A DNA stretch of 64,000 nucleotides, from assembly GCA_965222605.1 (NCBI GenBank), contig OZ244960.1, forward strand, positions 5,728,001 to 5,792,000. Reading direction: 5' to 3'. A model generated the notes under the pieces. It did no database searches. It was not told where the DNA came from and saw nothing but the letters and a program-made list of their open reading frames with translations. The number at the start of each line of letters is the position of its first letter. Within the stretch, counting starts at the first letter, position 1. Origin of the DNA: Candidatus Latescibacterota bacterium. GTDB taxonomy: Bacteria; Latescibacterota; UBA2968. The position numbers were made by a program, and so were the translations under genes. This document shows, in pieces, positions 40,034 through 50,200 of the stretch.

Positions 40034-41008
40034 ATGACCAACCAAAATTTTGGGCATCTGCAAGGGGCCATTGTCCTCGATGTTGAGACAACAGGGTTTA
40101 GTCCGCAATATGACCGCGTCGTATCTGTAGCGGCACTTCAGGTGGATGTTTCGAATCCCAATGAGGAAGTCATCCCATTTGCTTCAAGGGTCAATCCGCA
40201 GCGGCTTATTCCTTGGGGCGCGGTGCAGGTGCATGGCATTACAAATCGCGATGTGAGTGCGGCGCCGACCTTTTTTGACCTCGCGCCAAGGCTGCATGCG
40301 TTTATTGGCAATTACCCAATTATTGGGCACAATGTCGATTTTGATCTCAGATTTTTGCAGGCGGAGTTTGCACGTGCAGGCATAACTGCGCCGAGTTGGA
40401 ATTCCTCTTTTTGCACAATGGCATACTTTCAGCAGCACTTTAATGGGAGGCAACGAAAGGGCAGCAGGTTGGACGATGTCATTAAATATTTCGACATTGA
40501 TGGGCGCACCACCGATCACCACGACGCCCTCGAAGATGTGTTATTGACTTGGGAAGTTGTCAAATATTTTATTGCACATGAAATAGGTGAGCAACGTGCC
40601 GCGAATGAACCTATAAAAATCTACAATCAGGGTCAAAATGGACAGTGTGAAAGGCTGGACAGAATGAGGTCGAATGAACCTATAGAAATTGTCAATTGCA
40701 ATCTGACCTTTGAGATTAACAAAAAATACGGAATTTACAGTCATCCAGTAAGGTACGAATACACGAGACATAAATTTATTGGCATGGAGAAGAACAATGC
40801 TGTGCAAGCTATTTTGGAGATCGATAGCATTTTTGAGGTGTCGTACAAAGGAGGGAAGTTGGAAAAAGTGCTCGTAGCGGGACGGGATACGGATCAGTAC
40901 GACAATGAGATTATAGAAAGTATCGCAGAGATACAAAGGAGGTTGGGTTGGGATGCCAGTCAGTGGCGATTTTTCTGTGGGGAGTGCATAGAAGACTTGT
41001 TTATTTGA
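40034..41008 (+). CDS. DEDDh 3'-5' exonuclease (DnaQ-like) with an additional C-terminal domain
   Basis: VLDVETTG, VHGIT, GHNVDFD, HDALED. Confidence 0.85.
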   Translation: MTNQNFGHLQGAIVLDVETTGFSPQYDRVVSVAALQVDVSNPNEEVIPFASRVNPQRLIPWGAVQVHGITNRDVSAAPTFFDLAPRLHAFIGNYPIIGHNVDFDLRFLQAEFARAGITAPSWNSSFCTMAYFQQHFNGRQRKGSRLDDVIKYFDIDGRTTDHHDALEDVLLTWEVVKYFIAHEIGEQRAANEPIKIYNQGQNGQCERLDRMRSNEPIEIVNCNLTFEINKKYGIYSHPVRYEYTRHKFIGMEKNNAVQAILEIDSIFEVSYKGGKLEKVLVAGRDTDQYDNEIIESIAEIQRRLGWDASQWRFFCGECIEDLFI

Positions 41009-41031
41009 TGGCCTGATCGCAATAAAAATAT

Positions 41032-41066
41032 AAAACGGCTGCCAGATTGATCTGACAGCCGTTTTT
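41032..41066. terminator. Bidirectional intrinsic terminator
   Basis: AAAACGGCTG-CCAGA..TCTGA-CAGCCGTTTTT between convergent genes. Confidence 0.75.
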
Positions 41067-41090
41067 CATTTTGTGAATAGTTTATCGAAT

Positions 41091-41849
41091 CTAATTGACC
41101 TCTAAATCGTAGTCTTCCAATCGATACCAGAACACATCTCCCGACTGTGTGATGTTCCGTATGCGGTTGTCTATATTTAAGGCAGCGATGGCGGCATGGG
41201 TATTGCGACCTGTGAATTTCTTCAAAAATCCCGCGAACATGATGGCCCTGTCTGTGTCTCTGGCGTCAGCGGTGTAAGAGATTTCCACCGCGATATAATG
41301 CGTTTTGTCCTGAGCGTCAACAGCTTCGATAATTAAGTCCGCGTTGCGGAATTTTCGCAGATCAATTGAGTCAATGCCCGTCGTGTCTCCGTTGGCGATC
41401 ATGCGAAGAAGGTGGTGCATGCTCAGGTTCCTTGTCCACTGGAATCCCATGTCTGAGGCAATGCCGGGAGCCTGTCGGATAGCGGCAGTTCTGGCGTGGG
41501 CCGCCCTGAATCTCGCGTGGTCTCTATCCATCTTGTTGAAGCGTCTGTCCGTTATTTCGATGTACTTATCTACTTTTTTGATAAACTGGTCGAACTGATC
41601 GTGTCTCTGTTCAAAACTGGCTAAACGCTCGTCTGTCTTTTCGATGTACTTATCTACTTTTTTAATAAACTGGTCAAGTCGCTGGTCAAGACTGTCTAAA
41701 CGCCTGTTCGTCGTTTCGGCGAACTCTGCGAATTTTTCGGGCAATTCCAGTAGCTCGCGCGTCAGCAGCCGCGCACGCAAAGCCTCAATCCACTGCGGGT
41801 TTTCGTCCAATATTTCGATAAGCTCTTCTATTGTGTTGAAAACAGCCAT
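41091..41849 (-). CDS. Coiled-coil protein with C-terminal PD-(D/E)XK-like domain
   Basis: N-terminal ILDENPQW..LRARLLT.ELLELP, heptad region, ADLII..AVEISYT. Confidence 0.6.
   Translation of the reverse strand: MAVFNTIEELIEILDENPQWIEALRARLLTRELLELPEKFAEFAETTNRRLDSLDQRLDQFIKKVDKYIEKTDERLASFEQRHDQFDQFIKKVDKYIEITDRRFNKMDRDHARFRAAHARTAAIRQAPGIASDMGFQWTRNLSMHHLLRMIANGDTTGIDSIDLRKFRNADLIIEAVDAQDKTHYIAVEISYTADARDTDRAIMFAGFLKKFTGRNTHAAIAALNIDNRIRNITQSGDVFWYRLEDYDLEVN
41555..41675. repeat. Intragenic 37-bp direct repeat (one mismatch), 84-bp period
   Basis: TTTCGATGTACTTATCTACTTTTTTRATAAACTGGTC at 41555 and 41639, encoding DQFIKKVDKYIE twice. Confidence 0.85.
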
Positions 41850-41891
41850 TTTTTCTCGCTATCTATCGTCAGGCTTTACAGATAAAGTAAA

Positions 41892-41920
41892 ATGATATCC
41901 GATAATAGTAGGCGTGTCAA
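41892..41920 (-). promoter_or_regulatory. Sigma70-like promoter
   Basis: TTGACA-17 nt-TATCAT on the minus strand upstream of 41849. Confidence 0.6.
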
Positions 41921-42010
41921 GGCGTAATCCGTTAAATAGCGGTCAGTCGTCAGCAGTCGGCTTTATTGGCGTTGTGCTCCGAGTGTAGCTTTTTGCCTCT
42001 CGCTGTTTTC

Positions 42011-42829
42011 TCAAATCGTCAATGTCACATAATCTTTTTTTACGATCTCTTTTTTGTATGTATAGGATTGTGTTTCGATAAGCTCTTGCGTTTCGGGCGA
42101 AAGCCGCGCCAGTACTGGATCGGGGAATTCGTGGATTTGTCGGTGATATTGCGGGCGGTATCTGAGAATAAAGAAGCGGCGATCCCGATCTTTGGGTTGC
42201 CATGCCATTGCCCCGTGTGTCATCAATTCTGTGGTTATGACAATATCGCCAGCCCGAGCCGTGATATTCGCGACACCGAGGGGTACGTCTTTTCCGATCC
42301 ACCCGTCGTTGAACACATCCGCTGGTCGCTTAAAATCGCTTTTGTGCGATCCCGGCACGAGTAGCAATCCGCCATCTCCGGGCAAGACATCCGTCAGGTA
42401 GATAAACACAACCAGATCGTCGCAATAGATTTTGCCATCGTCGCAGCTATATCGGCAACTATACGGGCCAAAACTCTCGCGTGAACAATGCAACCGATGA
42501 ACGGGGTCTTTAGCCGTATTGATCCGCACTTCACCGCTATTTAGCCGCGGGCGTCGCCCAGATACTTCCAGTACAATGGGCCAGAACGAGCGATGGAAGA
42601 CCAATGTTTCCAGTGCTTTGTCAAAAGCAAAGGCGTATTTGAATTGTGTGCGATTTTTGTCAAATAATGAGGTCGAACGCCCAAATCCTTCGGGTAGTTC
42701 ATCATCTGAGGCATTTACGTACCGATTTATAGCTCGTTGCGCGGCTTTCAGTTCAGTTCGTCCCAGTGCTTGTTCCAGATGCAAATATCCCATCATATCG
42801 AATAAATAGCGCTGTGCATCTGTCATCAT
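42011..42829 (-). CDS. PhyH-family Fe(II)/2OG oxygenase, atypical iron motif
   Basis: QRYLFDMMGY, YLTDV..GDGG..VPGSHK, distal THG; LHCS where HxD is expected. Confidence 0.82.
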   Translation of the reverse strand: MMTDAQRYLFDMMGYLHLEQALGRTELKAAQRAINRYVNASDDELPEGFGRSTSLFDKNRTQFKYAFAFDKALETLVFHRSFWPIVLEVSGRRPRLNSGEVRINTAKDPVHRLHCSRESFGPYSCRYSCDDGKIYCDDLVVFIYLTDVLPGDGGLLLVPGSHKSDFKRPADVFNDGWIGKDVPLGVANITARAGDIVITTELMTHGAMAWQPKDRDRRFFILRYRPQYHRQIHEFPDPVLARLSPETQELIETQSYTYKKEIVKKDYVTLTI

Positions 42830-42867
42830 GGTGATCTCCAGGCGAGTAACGGGCTGGGGGTAGGTGC

Positions 42868-43713
42868 CTACCCATAAGCTCCATGATCCAAAAATCCGAC
42901 GAGGCGTCTGAGCCTATCGTTTGCATTGCGATAGACATGTTCTGGCAGGGTGTAGTTCATAAAGGGATAGTATTTGTGGCCGATGAGCCGCCTGCCATAG
43001 GTGATTTGGGTGATGTAGCGGCTGCGATTGCTCTGATTTGGTCCCCCTCTGTGCCAGACCTGATTGTTGAACATGATTACGCTACCGGCTTTGCCGAGGT
43101 TGTAATGGACTTTGTTCTGCCATGTTTTCCATGCATCAGTATTGAAAACCTGAAGTGGGTTTTCACCAATGAGATGTGAGCCTGGTATGACTTCTGTGCA
43201 GCCGTGTTCGATTTCTGTGACATCGGTGAGATAATAATTACAGGTGAATACGAGTACGGGGAGGTGGATATTTGTGGGCGGCTCGCCATCGGTGACAACA
43301 TAATGTGGGGAATCGTCCTGATGCCATGTGGTAATGCCGCCGCCGGGTGGCGTGATAAAGGAGTTGTTGTGTATAACGTGACAATTTGTGGCAACGAGGG
43401 CTTCGGCAAAGCTGGCGATGGGTTCGAGGTCAAATAGATTGAGGTTGGCCGGACTGTGCTCAAACATGCGATGGCACAGGCGGTTGCTGGATTTGGTGCT
43501 TTGTGGGTTGAGTTTGCTATTGGGGTCTTTATCTCGGCTGGTAAAATGCGCGAGGGACCAGTCGAGGTCTGCTTTGAGTTGTGCGACGTGTTCTTGTTGC
43601 AATACATCTTCGAGAAATAGAAATCCGTCTCTGTGAAATTGTTCTACCCATTCGGAAATTTGATCGGTGTCGAGCGGATAGTTGGATTCAAAACGCTGAT
43701 TTTGTGGTTTCAT
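42868..43713 (-). CDS. PhyH-family Fe(II)/2OG oxygenase
   Basis: FHRDGF, WHQD, YYLTDV, IPGSH, WHRGGPN. Confidence 0.9.
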   Translation of the reverse strand: MKPQNQRFESNYPLDTDQISEWVEQFHRDGFLFLEDVLQQEHVAQLKADLDWSLAHFTSRDKDPNSKLNPQSTKSSNRLCHRMFEHSPANLNLFDLEPIASFAEALVATNCHVIHNNSFITPPGGGITTWHQDDSPHYVVTDGEPPTNIHLPVLVFTCNYYLTDVTEIEHGCTEVIPGSHLIGENPLQVFNTDAWKTWQNKVHYNLGKAGSVIMFNNQVWHRGGPNQSNRSRYITQITYGRRLIGHKYYPFMNYTLPEHVYRNANDRLRRLVGFLDHGAYG

Positions 43714-43733
43714 AATGGCCTCCGGTGGTCAGG

Positions 43734-45755
43734 CTACCCAATCACCAGGATCGGCGAGCCATCCTGTATTTTGATCTGTGCGTTGCGAGATACTGTTTCG
43801 ACTTCGTCCGTGCATAAATGATAGATGCGAACAGGGCTGATGTCGAGTGAAAATTCGAGGGTGTTGAGATCGAAAATATTTTGAGCAGGCAGCACCAGAG
43901 CGAGTCTGCGATAGGTATTGTTGAGATACAGGATACGGTTGTTGTTCTGTATTTGTTCGCGAGGATCTGTAAAGGTGGTGGCGTGAACGGGGCTGTTGAG
44001 GAGCGTGTTCAAACAACGCAGCGCGTGAAAAGGTGCGCGGGGGTTGCAGAGGGTGTCGAGCAATCCATGTGTGACATCCATTGTGCGGTCAAAATCGGTG
44101 AGTGGATCGACAAAGAGACGCGCGCCTATCAGGCGGACAATGGCAAATGTGGCTTCGGCAATTCGGCAGGCGTTGGTGTAGTCGTTCTGTGCGTCTAATT
44201 CGAGTGAGACGTCGATGTGGTCAATATTCGAGTATTTGCGTTCGCTCAGGGATTGGATATAAGTCCACGGCGATTCGTTGGGCGGTACGCGACAGAGGGC
44301 GCGCTGAAGGTGAATATCGGCGTTTTGGAGGGTCGCGTTCAGGTTTTCGAGTTCTTCGAGTTGATAACCCATTCGGGTTCGCAAATGTTGTTTGCCGGGT
44401 ACGCGCTCGTTGGGGATGATGGGACAGAGCGAGAGTTCTGCCAGTTCTGCACATCGGTTGAGTATCTCGCAAACTTCATCGGATGGTAGCGCGGGATTAG
44501 ATATTTGAATTTCCCAGTTCTGTACAAAATCGAGGTTGGCTTCAATGTGCTCGGGCAATGAGGCGATGTGGGGTTCGAGGAATGTGGCAATGGGCGTTAT
44601 CCCTTCGGAGCCGAGCATTTCGAGGCGCGTGCGCTGAAAGGGATCGCACAGGTCGCGCCAGGGAAAGCGCGCAAATTTGGCACCGAGTTCTATGCAGGCC
44701 AAAAAATGCTGGTCATTGCGCGTTTTTTGACGCACGGCAGAGGGATAGGCGATTGGGAGCTCTGCAATGGGCGTGATGGGATGGCGAAGGGTGAGTCCAA
44801 TCGGAGAAGACAGATCGGCGGATGTGCAGGTGACGAGGCGGTCGCGGGCAGGGCGTTTTGTTTCGCCTTTTGTGCGGATGAAGTGGATATCGGTGTGATC
44901 GGCGCGTATGCGAAGCAGATAAAATCCCAGCTTGCCAATGTCGTCTCGTCCCTGTTCGGGCGGCGGGGCACTGGCGTAGAGATGGCCGAATCCGGGGCGC
45001 GTAAACGATGTGGAAGGGACGATGAGATAGCGCGTTTTGCCAATTTTGTCGTAAAAAGGATAGTGAACGTGTGCTGCGAAGAGGAGTTCGATCCCGTATT
45101 TTCGAATCAATGCGAAGAGGCGGTCTCGATCAGGTGGGTTGATATTGTCGTAGTGTCCCAATCCCGGTTCATTTTTATCCCAGAGATATAAGGGCAGATG
45201 AAAAAAGAGAAAGAGCCGCTGGTTTTGATGTGTCGCAAGATCGGTTTTAAGCCATTCCCACTGGTCGTCTGCTTCAGCAATTTCGGAGTTGAATATCTGA
45301 GAATTAAGCACGATAAAGTGACACAGATCGTGGTCAAAACTATAATAGGAGGGGCCAAAGAGGCCGTGGAAGAACGCGAGCGATTCTGCGGTTGCCGCAT
45401 GGGTGGGCATGGTGGGATCAGTTTTGTCGCCGATATCGTGATTGCCGGCGACATAGTGCGGAGAAATATTGCAGGCGCGTATCTGTTCGCGCGCTTCGGC
45501 CATCGCGCGTTTGAAATCCGGCGTTTCGGGATATTCCTGGACGAGGTCGCCCATGTGGATGACGAGGTCGGCTCCAATGCCCGCGACCTGTTGCAGAGCT
45601 ATGCCGGCGCGTTGGGTTTGCTTGCGGCGCGATTCAAATTCGAGGGGGTGGTCGCCAACGTCAATCATGTAATGCGTATCGGCGATGACCGCGCATTCAA
45701 ATTGAGCGGGTGGGAGGTGGGTTTTGTCGAAGCTTATTTTTCTTCCGCTTTCCAT
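43734..45755 (-). CDS. Calcineurin-like metallophosphoesterase with a large C-terminal domain
   Basis: ADTH, GDLV, GNHD, FHLP, AHVH motifs. Confidence 0.85.
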   Translation of the reverse strand: MESGRKISFDKTHLPPAQFECAVIADTHYMIDVGDHPLEFESRRKQTQRAGIALQQVAGIGADLVIHMGDLVQEYPETPDFKRAMAEAREQIRACNISPHYVAGNHDIGDKTDPTMPTHAATAESLAFFHGLFGPSYYSFDHDLCHFIVLNSQIFNSEIAEADDQWEWLKTDLATHQNQRLFLFFHLPLYLWDKNEPGLGHYDNINPPDRDRLFALIRKYGIELLFAAHVHYPFYDKIGKTRYLIVPSTSFTRPGFGHLYASAPPPEQGRDDIGKLGFYLLRIRADHTDIHFIRTKGETKRPARDRLVTCTSADLSSPIGLTLRHPITPIAELPIAYPSAVRQKTRNDQHFLACIELGAKFARFPWRDLCDPFQRTRLEMLGSEGITPIATFLEPHIASLPEHIEANLDFVQNWEIQISNPALPSDEVCEILNRCAELAELSLCPIIPNERVPGKQHLRTRMGYQLEELENLNATLQNADIHLQRALCRVPPNESPWTYIQSLSERKYSNIDHIDVSLELDAQNDYTNACRIAEATFAIVRLIGARLFVDPLTDFDRTMDVTHGLLDTLCNPRAPFHALRCLNTLLNSPVHATTFTDPREQIQNNNRILYLNNTYRRLALVLPAQNIFDLNTLEFSLDISPVRIYHLCTDEVETVSRNAQIKIQDGSPILVIG

Positions 45756-46159
45756 TCGGCGATTTTTTCATCGGCTTTGCGGCGCAGTTCGCGGCCCTTG
45801 TCCGGGGTGGGGTCTTTGATGAGGCCATAGACCTGGCGGCCTTCGTGATCTTCGGGTAAGTATTCCGTAATGGGCATGCCTTCGGGGGTGACAAAGAGCA
45901 GGCAGTGACAGTATTTGAAAATTTTCATTTCGTCACAGGCACAGACCCATTCGCGGCTGCGTTCGAGTTCGGCCTCTTTGTCGGGATAAAAGTTGCAGGG
46001 GCAAAGCGGGCGACCCAGTTCATCGATGTTCTGCGCAAGGCCATTGATGACCGTGTCGGCGACTTCTCGGGTTGGATGCGGCGATGTCCCGGTTTTTTCC
46101 CAGTACTTTTCCGTGTATATCTGCATTCTTTTGTGGCTTTTTTCTGTGGGTTCAGACAT
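45734..46159 (-). CDS. Ferredoxin-thioredoxin reductase catalytic subunit-like protein
   Basis: CPC, CAC and CHCLLF cysteine motifs; GGAGGT RBS. Confidence 0.85.
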   Translation of the reverse strand: MSEPTEKSHKRMQIYTEKYWEKTGTSPHPTREVADTVINGLAQNIDELGRPLCPCNFYPDKEAELERSREWVCACDEMKIFKYCHCLLFVTPEGMPITEYLPEDHEGRQVYGLIKDPTPDKGRELRRKADEKIAEWKAEEK

Positions 46160-46195
46160 GGCTATACCTCCAGATTTTGGGACTTTATATTTGAT

Positions 46196-47008
46196 CTACA
46201 ACTGGCTGTTGAGATAATCCATAGATTTTCGGAGTTCTGCTCTGTCATCGCCCGAAGGGATGCTGCATTCGAAGCCGCAGTAGTACTCATATCCGATGTC
46301 GGATAGTGCTTTGAGCGCGGGGCCAAAATCTGTGTGACCATAGCCCGGCAAGATGCGATTGCTGTCGGCCAGATGTACATTGGCGATGTGTTTGCCTCCC
46401 GCGTGGATGGCTTCGGCGAGATCGGCTTCCTCAATGCTCATGTGGAAAAGATCAGCCATGGCGGCGATAGACGGACTGCCCACGGCTTCGCAGATTTCAA
46501 CGCCCTGGGCAACTGTGCAGGGCCACCACTGTTCGTAGCGGTTCAAGGGTTCGAGAACCAGACGACTGCCGCACGCTTCGGCATGTGGTGCGATGTCCCG
46601 TTTGAGAATTTCGATGAGGAGATCTTTTTCAAGCGCAGATGTGCTGTACAGAGGGGAGAGGTCGGGGATGCGTTCACCTCCGCCCATTTTGATGCCGATA
46701 AGCGGTGGAAAAATCACGCCGACACCGCCGACTTCGGCACACAGAGTCAGGGCGTCGTTAATGGATTTTATGGCTGTGCGGCGTTCTTGGGGACGCGCGT
46801 CGAGCAGGCGATTGCCGCCTCGAGCAGAGCAAATATTGGGTATGATACCAGTCGCGTCTGTGGCTGCTTTGATCTCATCTGCAAAATCTGCGGTGCTGCT
46901 ATTGGTGATTTCTATGCCGGAAAAGCCGAGTTCTTTGAGCGTCTGAAATTTCTCCATCAGGGTGTTGCCAGGAGCCATGGGTTCACGAAGAGAATATTTG
47001 ATTGTCAT
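46196..47008 (-). CDS. Sugar phosphate isomerase/epimerase (AP endonuclease 2 TIM barrel)
   Basis: GFSGIE, LEPLNRYE, DLFHM, VHLADSNR..PGYG. Confidence 0.88.
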   Translation of the reverse strand: MTIKYSLREPMAPGNTLMEKFQTLKELGFSGIEITNSSTADFADEIKAATDATGIIPNICSARGGNRLLDARPQERRTAIKSINDALTLCAEVGGVGVIFPPLIGIKMGGGERIPDLSPLYSTSALEKDLLIEILKRDIAPHAEACGSRLVLEPLNRYEQWWPCTVAQGVEICEAVGSPSIAAMADLFHMSIEEADLAEAIHAGGKHIANVHLADSNRILPGYGHTDFGPALKALSDIGYEYYCGFECSIPSGDDRAELRKSMDYLNSQL

Positions 47009-47283
47009 AAGTTGAGTCCAAAAAATACGCACGGGGCGTTGGTTGAATTGGGCACTCGCTTCAATACTGCTAACAAAAAGAAAATACGTTGGATACTGAG
47101 AAAAAACAACCTGAAATTGTAGAATGAATGGCGGATTCACACTAAACCACAACGACGCAAAACCCAATGCAAAAAACAGGAGTTACATCTGGCTGCAACG
47201 ATGTTTGAGAACAGAGTCAGAAAAATATATACCTTCAACCTCTAGGATAAGGACTCTAAGCCGTTGTCAAAGTTACAGTAATC

Positions 47284-50200
47284 CTACAAAGCTGTTGGTA
47301 AAGGCATTATGAATCTTTCGCGTAATTGAAATCCTGTCGAAGAACCAGAGTTGATCAACGCATCAAGAAGCTCAACAGTGGCTTGGCGAATTCTTATATT
47401 GCCTCGAATCTCGCTTTCTCGACTCAGAAGGTTATTTCGCAATAGCACCTCAAGATCAAATCGTGTATTAGGCTCTTGAAATATTTTTTTAGCATCTCCT
47501 TGTTGGAGGGCTTTATTAAGCCAAAGTAAGGCATCTGGAAGAAATAATCTTTCAACAGCCGATTTGAGCAAACAGACCAGTGCATTGAATCCAATTGGGT
47601 GGTGCCCTATGTGTGAACAGGCATTTTGTATGAACTCTCGATTATTTGTCAATGGCTCCCACTCTGTTGTATTCTCTTTCCATTTAATATCCGAAAAGAG
47701 CAATGTCCGGATAATTTTCCTTAGTTCTGAAGGAATAGGTCTATCGTCTGCGCGTTGATTTAGGTCTTCAAAAGCTTTAGTCGCAATTGTTGACCAAATG
47801 TTCCAGAACTGTGCATCATTTCTTGACTGATCTTCAGCCTCAAAAAGGTATGGGATGAAATATTCGGTTACTTTGTAGCAGTTCTGCCAGTTATCCATCA
47901 TAAGTTGCATTGCTGATGTTATATATTCATTAGGTTGGTTGAGGATAAATCTTGAGAAATATCCCAAGAACAGACCTGCAAATTCATAAGGATATCCGGG
48001 ATATCCACTTGAATATCTCCTCTCTGTATTTACCTCAACCGATTTTTCAATCAATAGAGTAAAGATTTTTGCATGTAACTCCTGATGATATGCTTGTGTT
48101 GATGTAGGTGGAATCAGCCCAATAGCATACTGGAGGCCGTGATAATCATGGGTCTCCAATGTTATGTCCTCAATATTGGGGTCATCTTGAATTTTACCTT
48201 CTGCAAGTTGTCGCAAGAGCGTTGTCCTACCATTGAAAATTGCCTCTACATGTGTCTGCTGCGCTTGACCTGTGTATAGATTATTAAAATGAGGAATATG
48301 ATCAATTCTCATCTTCGCATTTATGATATGCGCCTTAAGGCAATTTTCAGCAAACACCGGATCCTTTTCCCATAGTGTCTCGTGACATCCACTCACAGCA
48401 AACCATCTCACTTCCCGTGACGGATGCAAGTGGCTTGCAGCTATCCCCACTCTTATTTCCTTTTCACCCTGCTCATCAAACTGGCCCAGTAGTAAGGGCA
48501 GCACGGTTGCTGCTGGTCGAGATCCCGCCATCTCAAATATAGAAACCTCATCTTGATTATCAAGGCTACTGAATTTATGGGCAATTGCCTCAAGGAGAAC
48601 CTGACGACACCACTCTTTTTGTTCATCACTTGTTTCAGCCCAATGGTCTCTTACAATAATAGCAGCTGTATATGCATATCCGCCAGAAAAAATCTGGTAG
48701 CTTTCATCATCTGCATGTTGCAGTATTATACTCTGCGCTTCTTGGGCTTCCTGAAGAGCTTCCTGCCAGTTTGCAAAATAGTTGCTATTGTTGTCCTCTT
48801 TTTTGTATTGGGCTATACCCCAGTCCAAAAGTCTGCGAAGTTTCATTTTTCCTTCAAATTCTGGATATCCTTGTTCCTGAAACTGCTGTAAATCTTGTTC
48901 AAGTTCCTGAGGATTTAGTATGATACGTTGGTTTTCAGTATCTTCTTGCGCATTGTATCGCCGTAGGTCTATTCGGCTTAATACAATTCTCCAGGTCTTA
49001 TCTTCTTCACTTTGATCTTCAAGTGGCGGAAGTTGACTTCTAAAATTATCAAATATGTCAAAGATTTGACTCTGTACCTCAGTTATTTGCAGATTTCTTG
49101 CAAGGTCTTCAAGGCACTTCCCTCGATGGTTTCTTTGAGCTGAAGTTTTCCTTTCGTTGTCGTGGATTTCATGATCTACAGGTGTCAGTAAACCCAACAG
49201 GGATTGCCCTGCACTTATAGATTGTTCCAGAACTAATCTCTGAGTGTCCCAACAATAGAATTCTCTGGTCCTCAATAGAGGCAAGGCATGTTTTTTAAAC
49301 ACCTTTGGGTACGCGGTTGCGATGCTGACCAGCATACTCGTGATGGCTACATTATTGCTCTCAAACAGTAGTTTGTTAAATATATCTATTACGTCATTGC
49401 CGGATTCTATTTGCCTGAATAGCCAGTTTTCAAGAGCCATTAATGCAGATTGTAAAATATCGGGAGCGACAGAAGTTCCGCGATAAAGACACCATAACCT
49501 TTGTCCACCCCATTGTTGTATGGTTCTACCATCATTGAGATGCACATTCACTTGAACAGGTTCGCCGTCGTCAAGGTCTGATTTTGTATAGGCCAATATT
49601 GCGTGGTTTAAGAGTTCAATGATGAAGTCTATACCCTTTTCAGAATTATGTCGAAGTAAATTTGCAAAAGGCCCCTGCAATCCACTTGGGGGATAAAGCG
49701 AATTATGTACATCATCTAACCCAAAATTCTCATCTCTATCAAGATGTCCACTATAGAATCCATCGGAATCAGGTTCCTGATAATACCAAGCCTGCTTTGC
49801 CAATTTGACGACAATATCGGGGTAGTGCTTACAGAGTTCCTCCGAATAGAGAAAGTCCAGAGCTTCTTTTTTAAAAATGTCAAATATTCTCTCGCAAGAT
49901 TCTCCATGAATTCTGGCGTTTGCCAGTTCCGAGATTTCAGAGTTGAGCACCTCGCACACCCTCAGAACCACTCTTATCAAATCTTTGTGATTGTCTCGCC
50001 CATAATGCTCTCTTTTATCGTACAGTCGATGAAGTGCAATTAGACCCACCTTCCGTGCTTCGTCTGGTAAGGGATGATCTCTTTCTATCCCTTGTATCCA
50101 ATCGGATAATACCCCATCAATTGTAAAGTGGTGCTGCTGGCCGATTTTATCATAATGAGCATGGATGAATTCAATAACGTGTTTCCATCCGGATCCAGAT

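Noticed and set aside
38627-40108. 493-aa minus-strand ORF
   Set aside because: Antisense shadow of rhaA with no recognisable motifs
41555-41675. 37-bp repeats as a CRISPR array
   Set aside because: Only two copies, in frame inside a CDS, no cas genes; no CRISPR array was seen in the window
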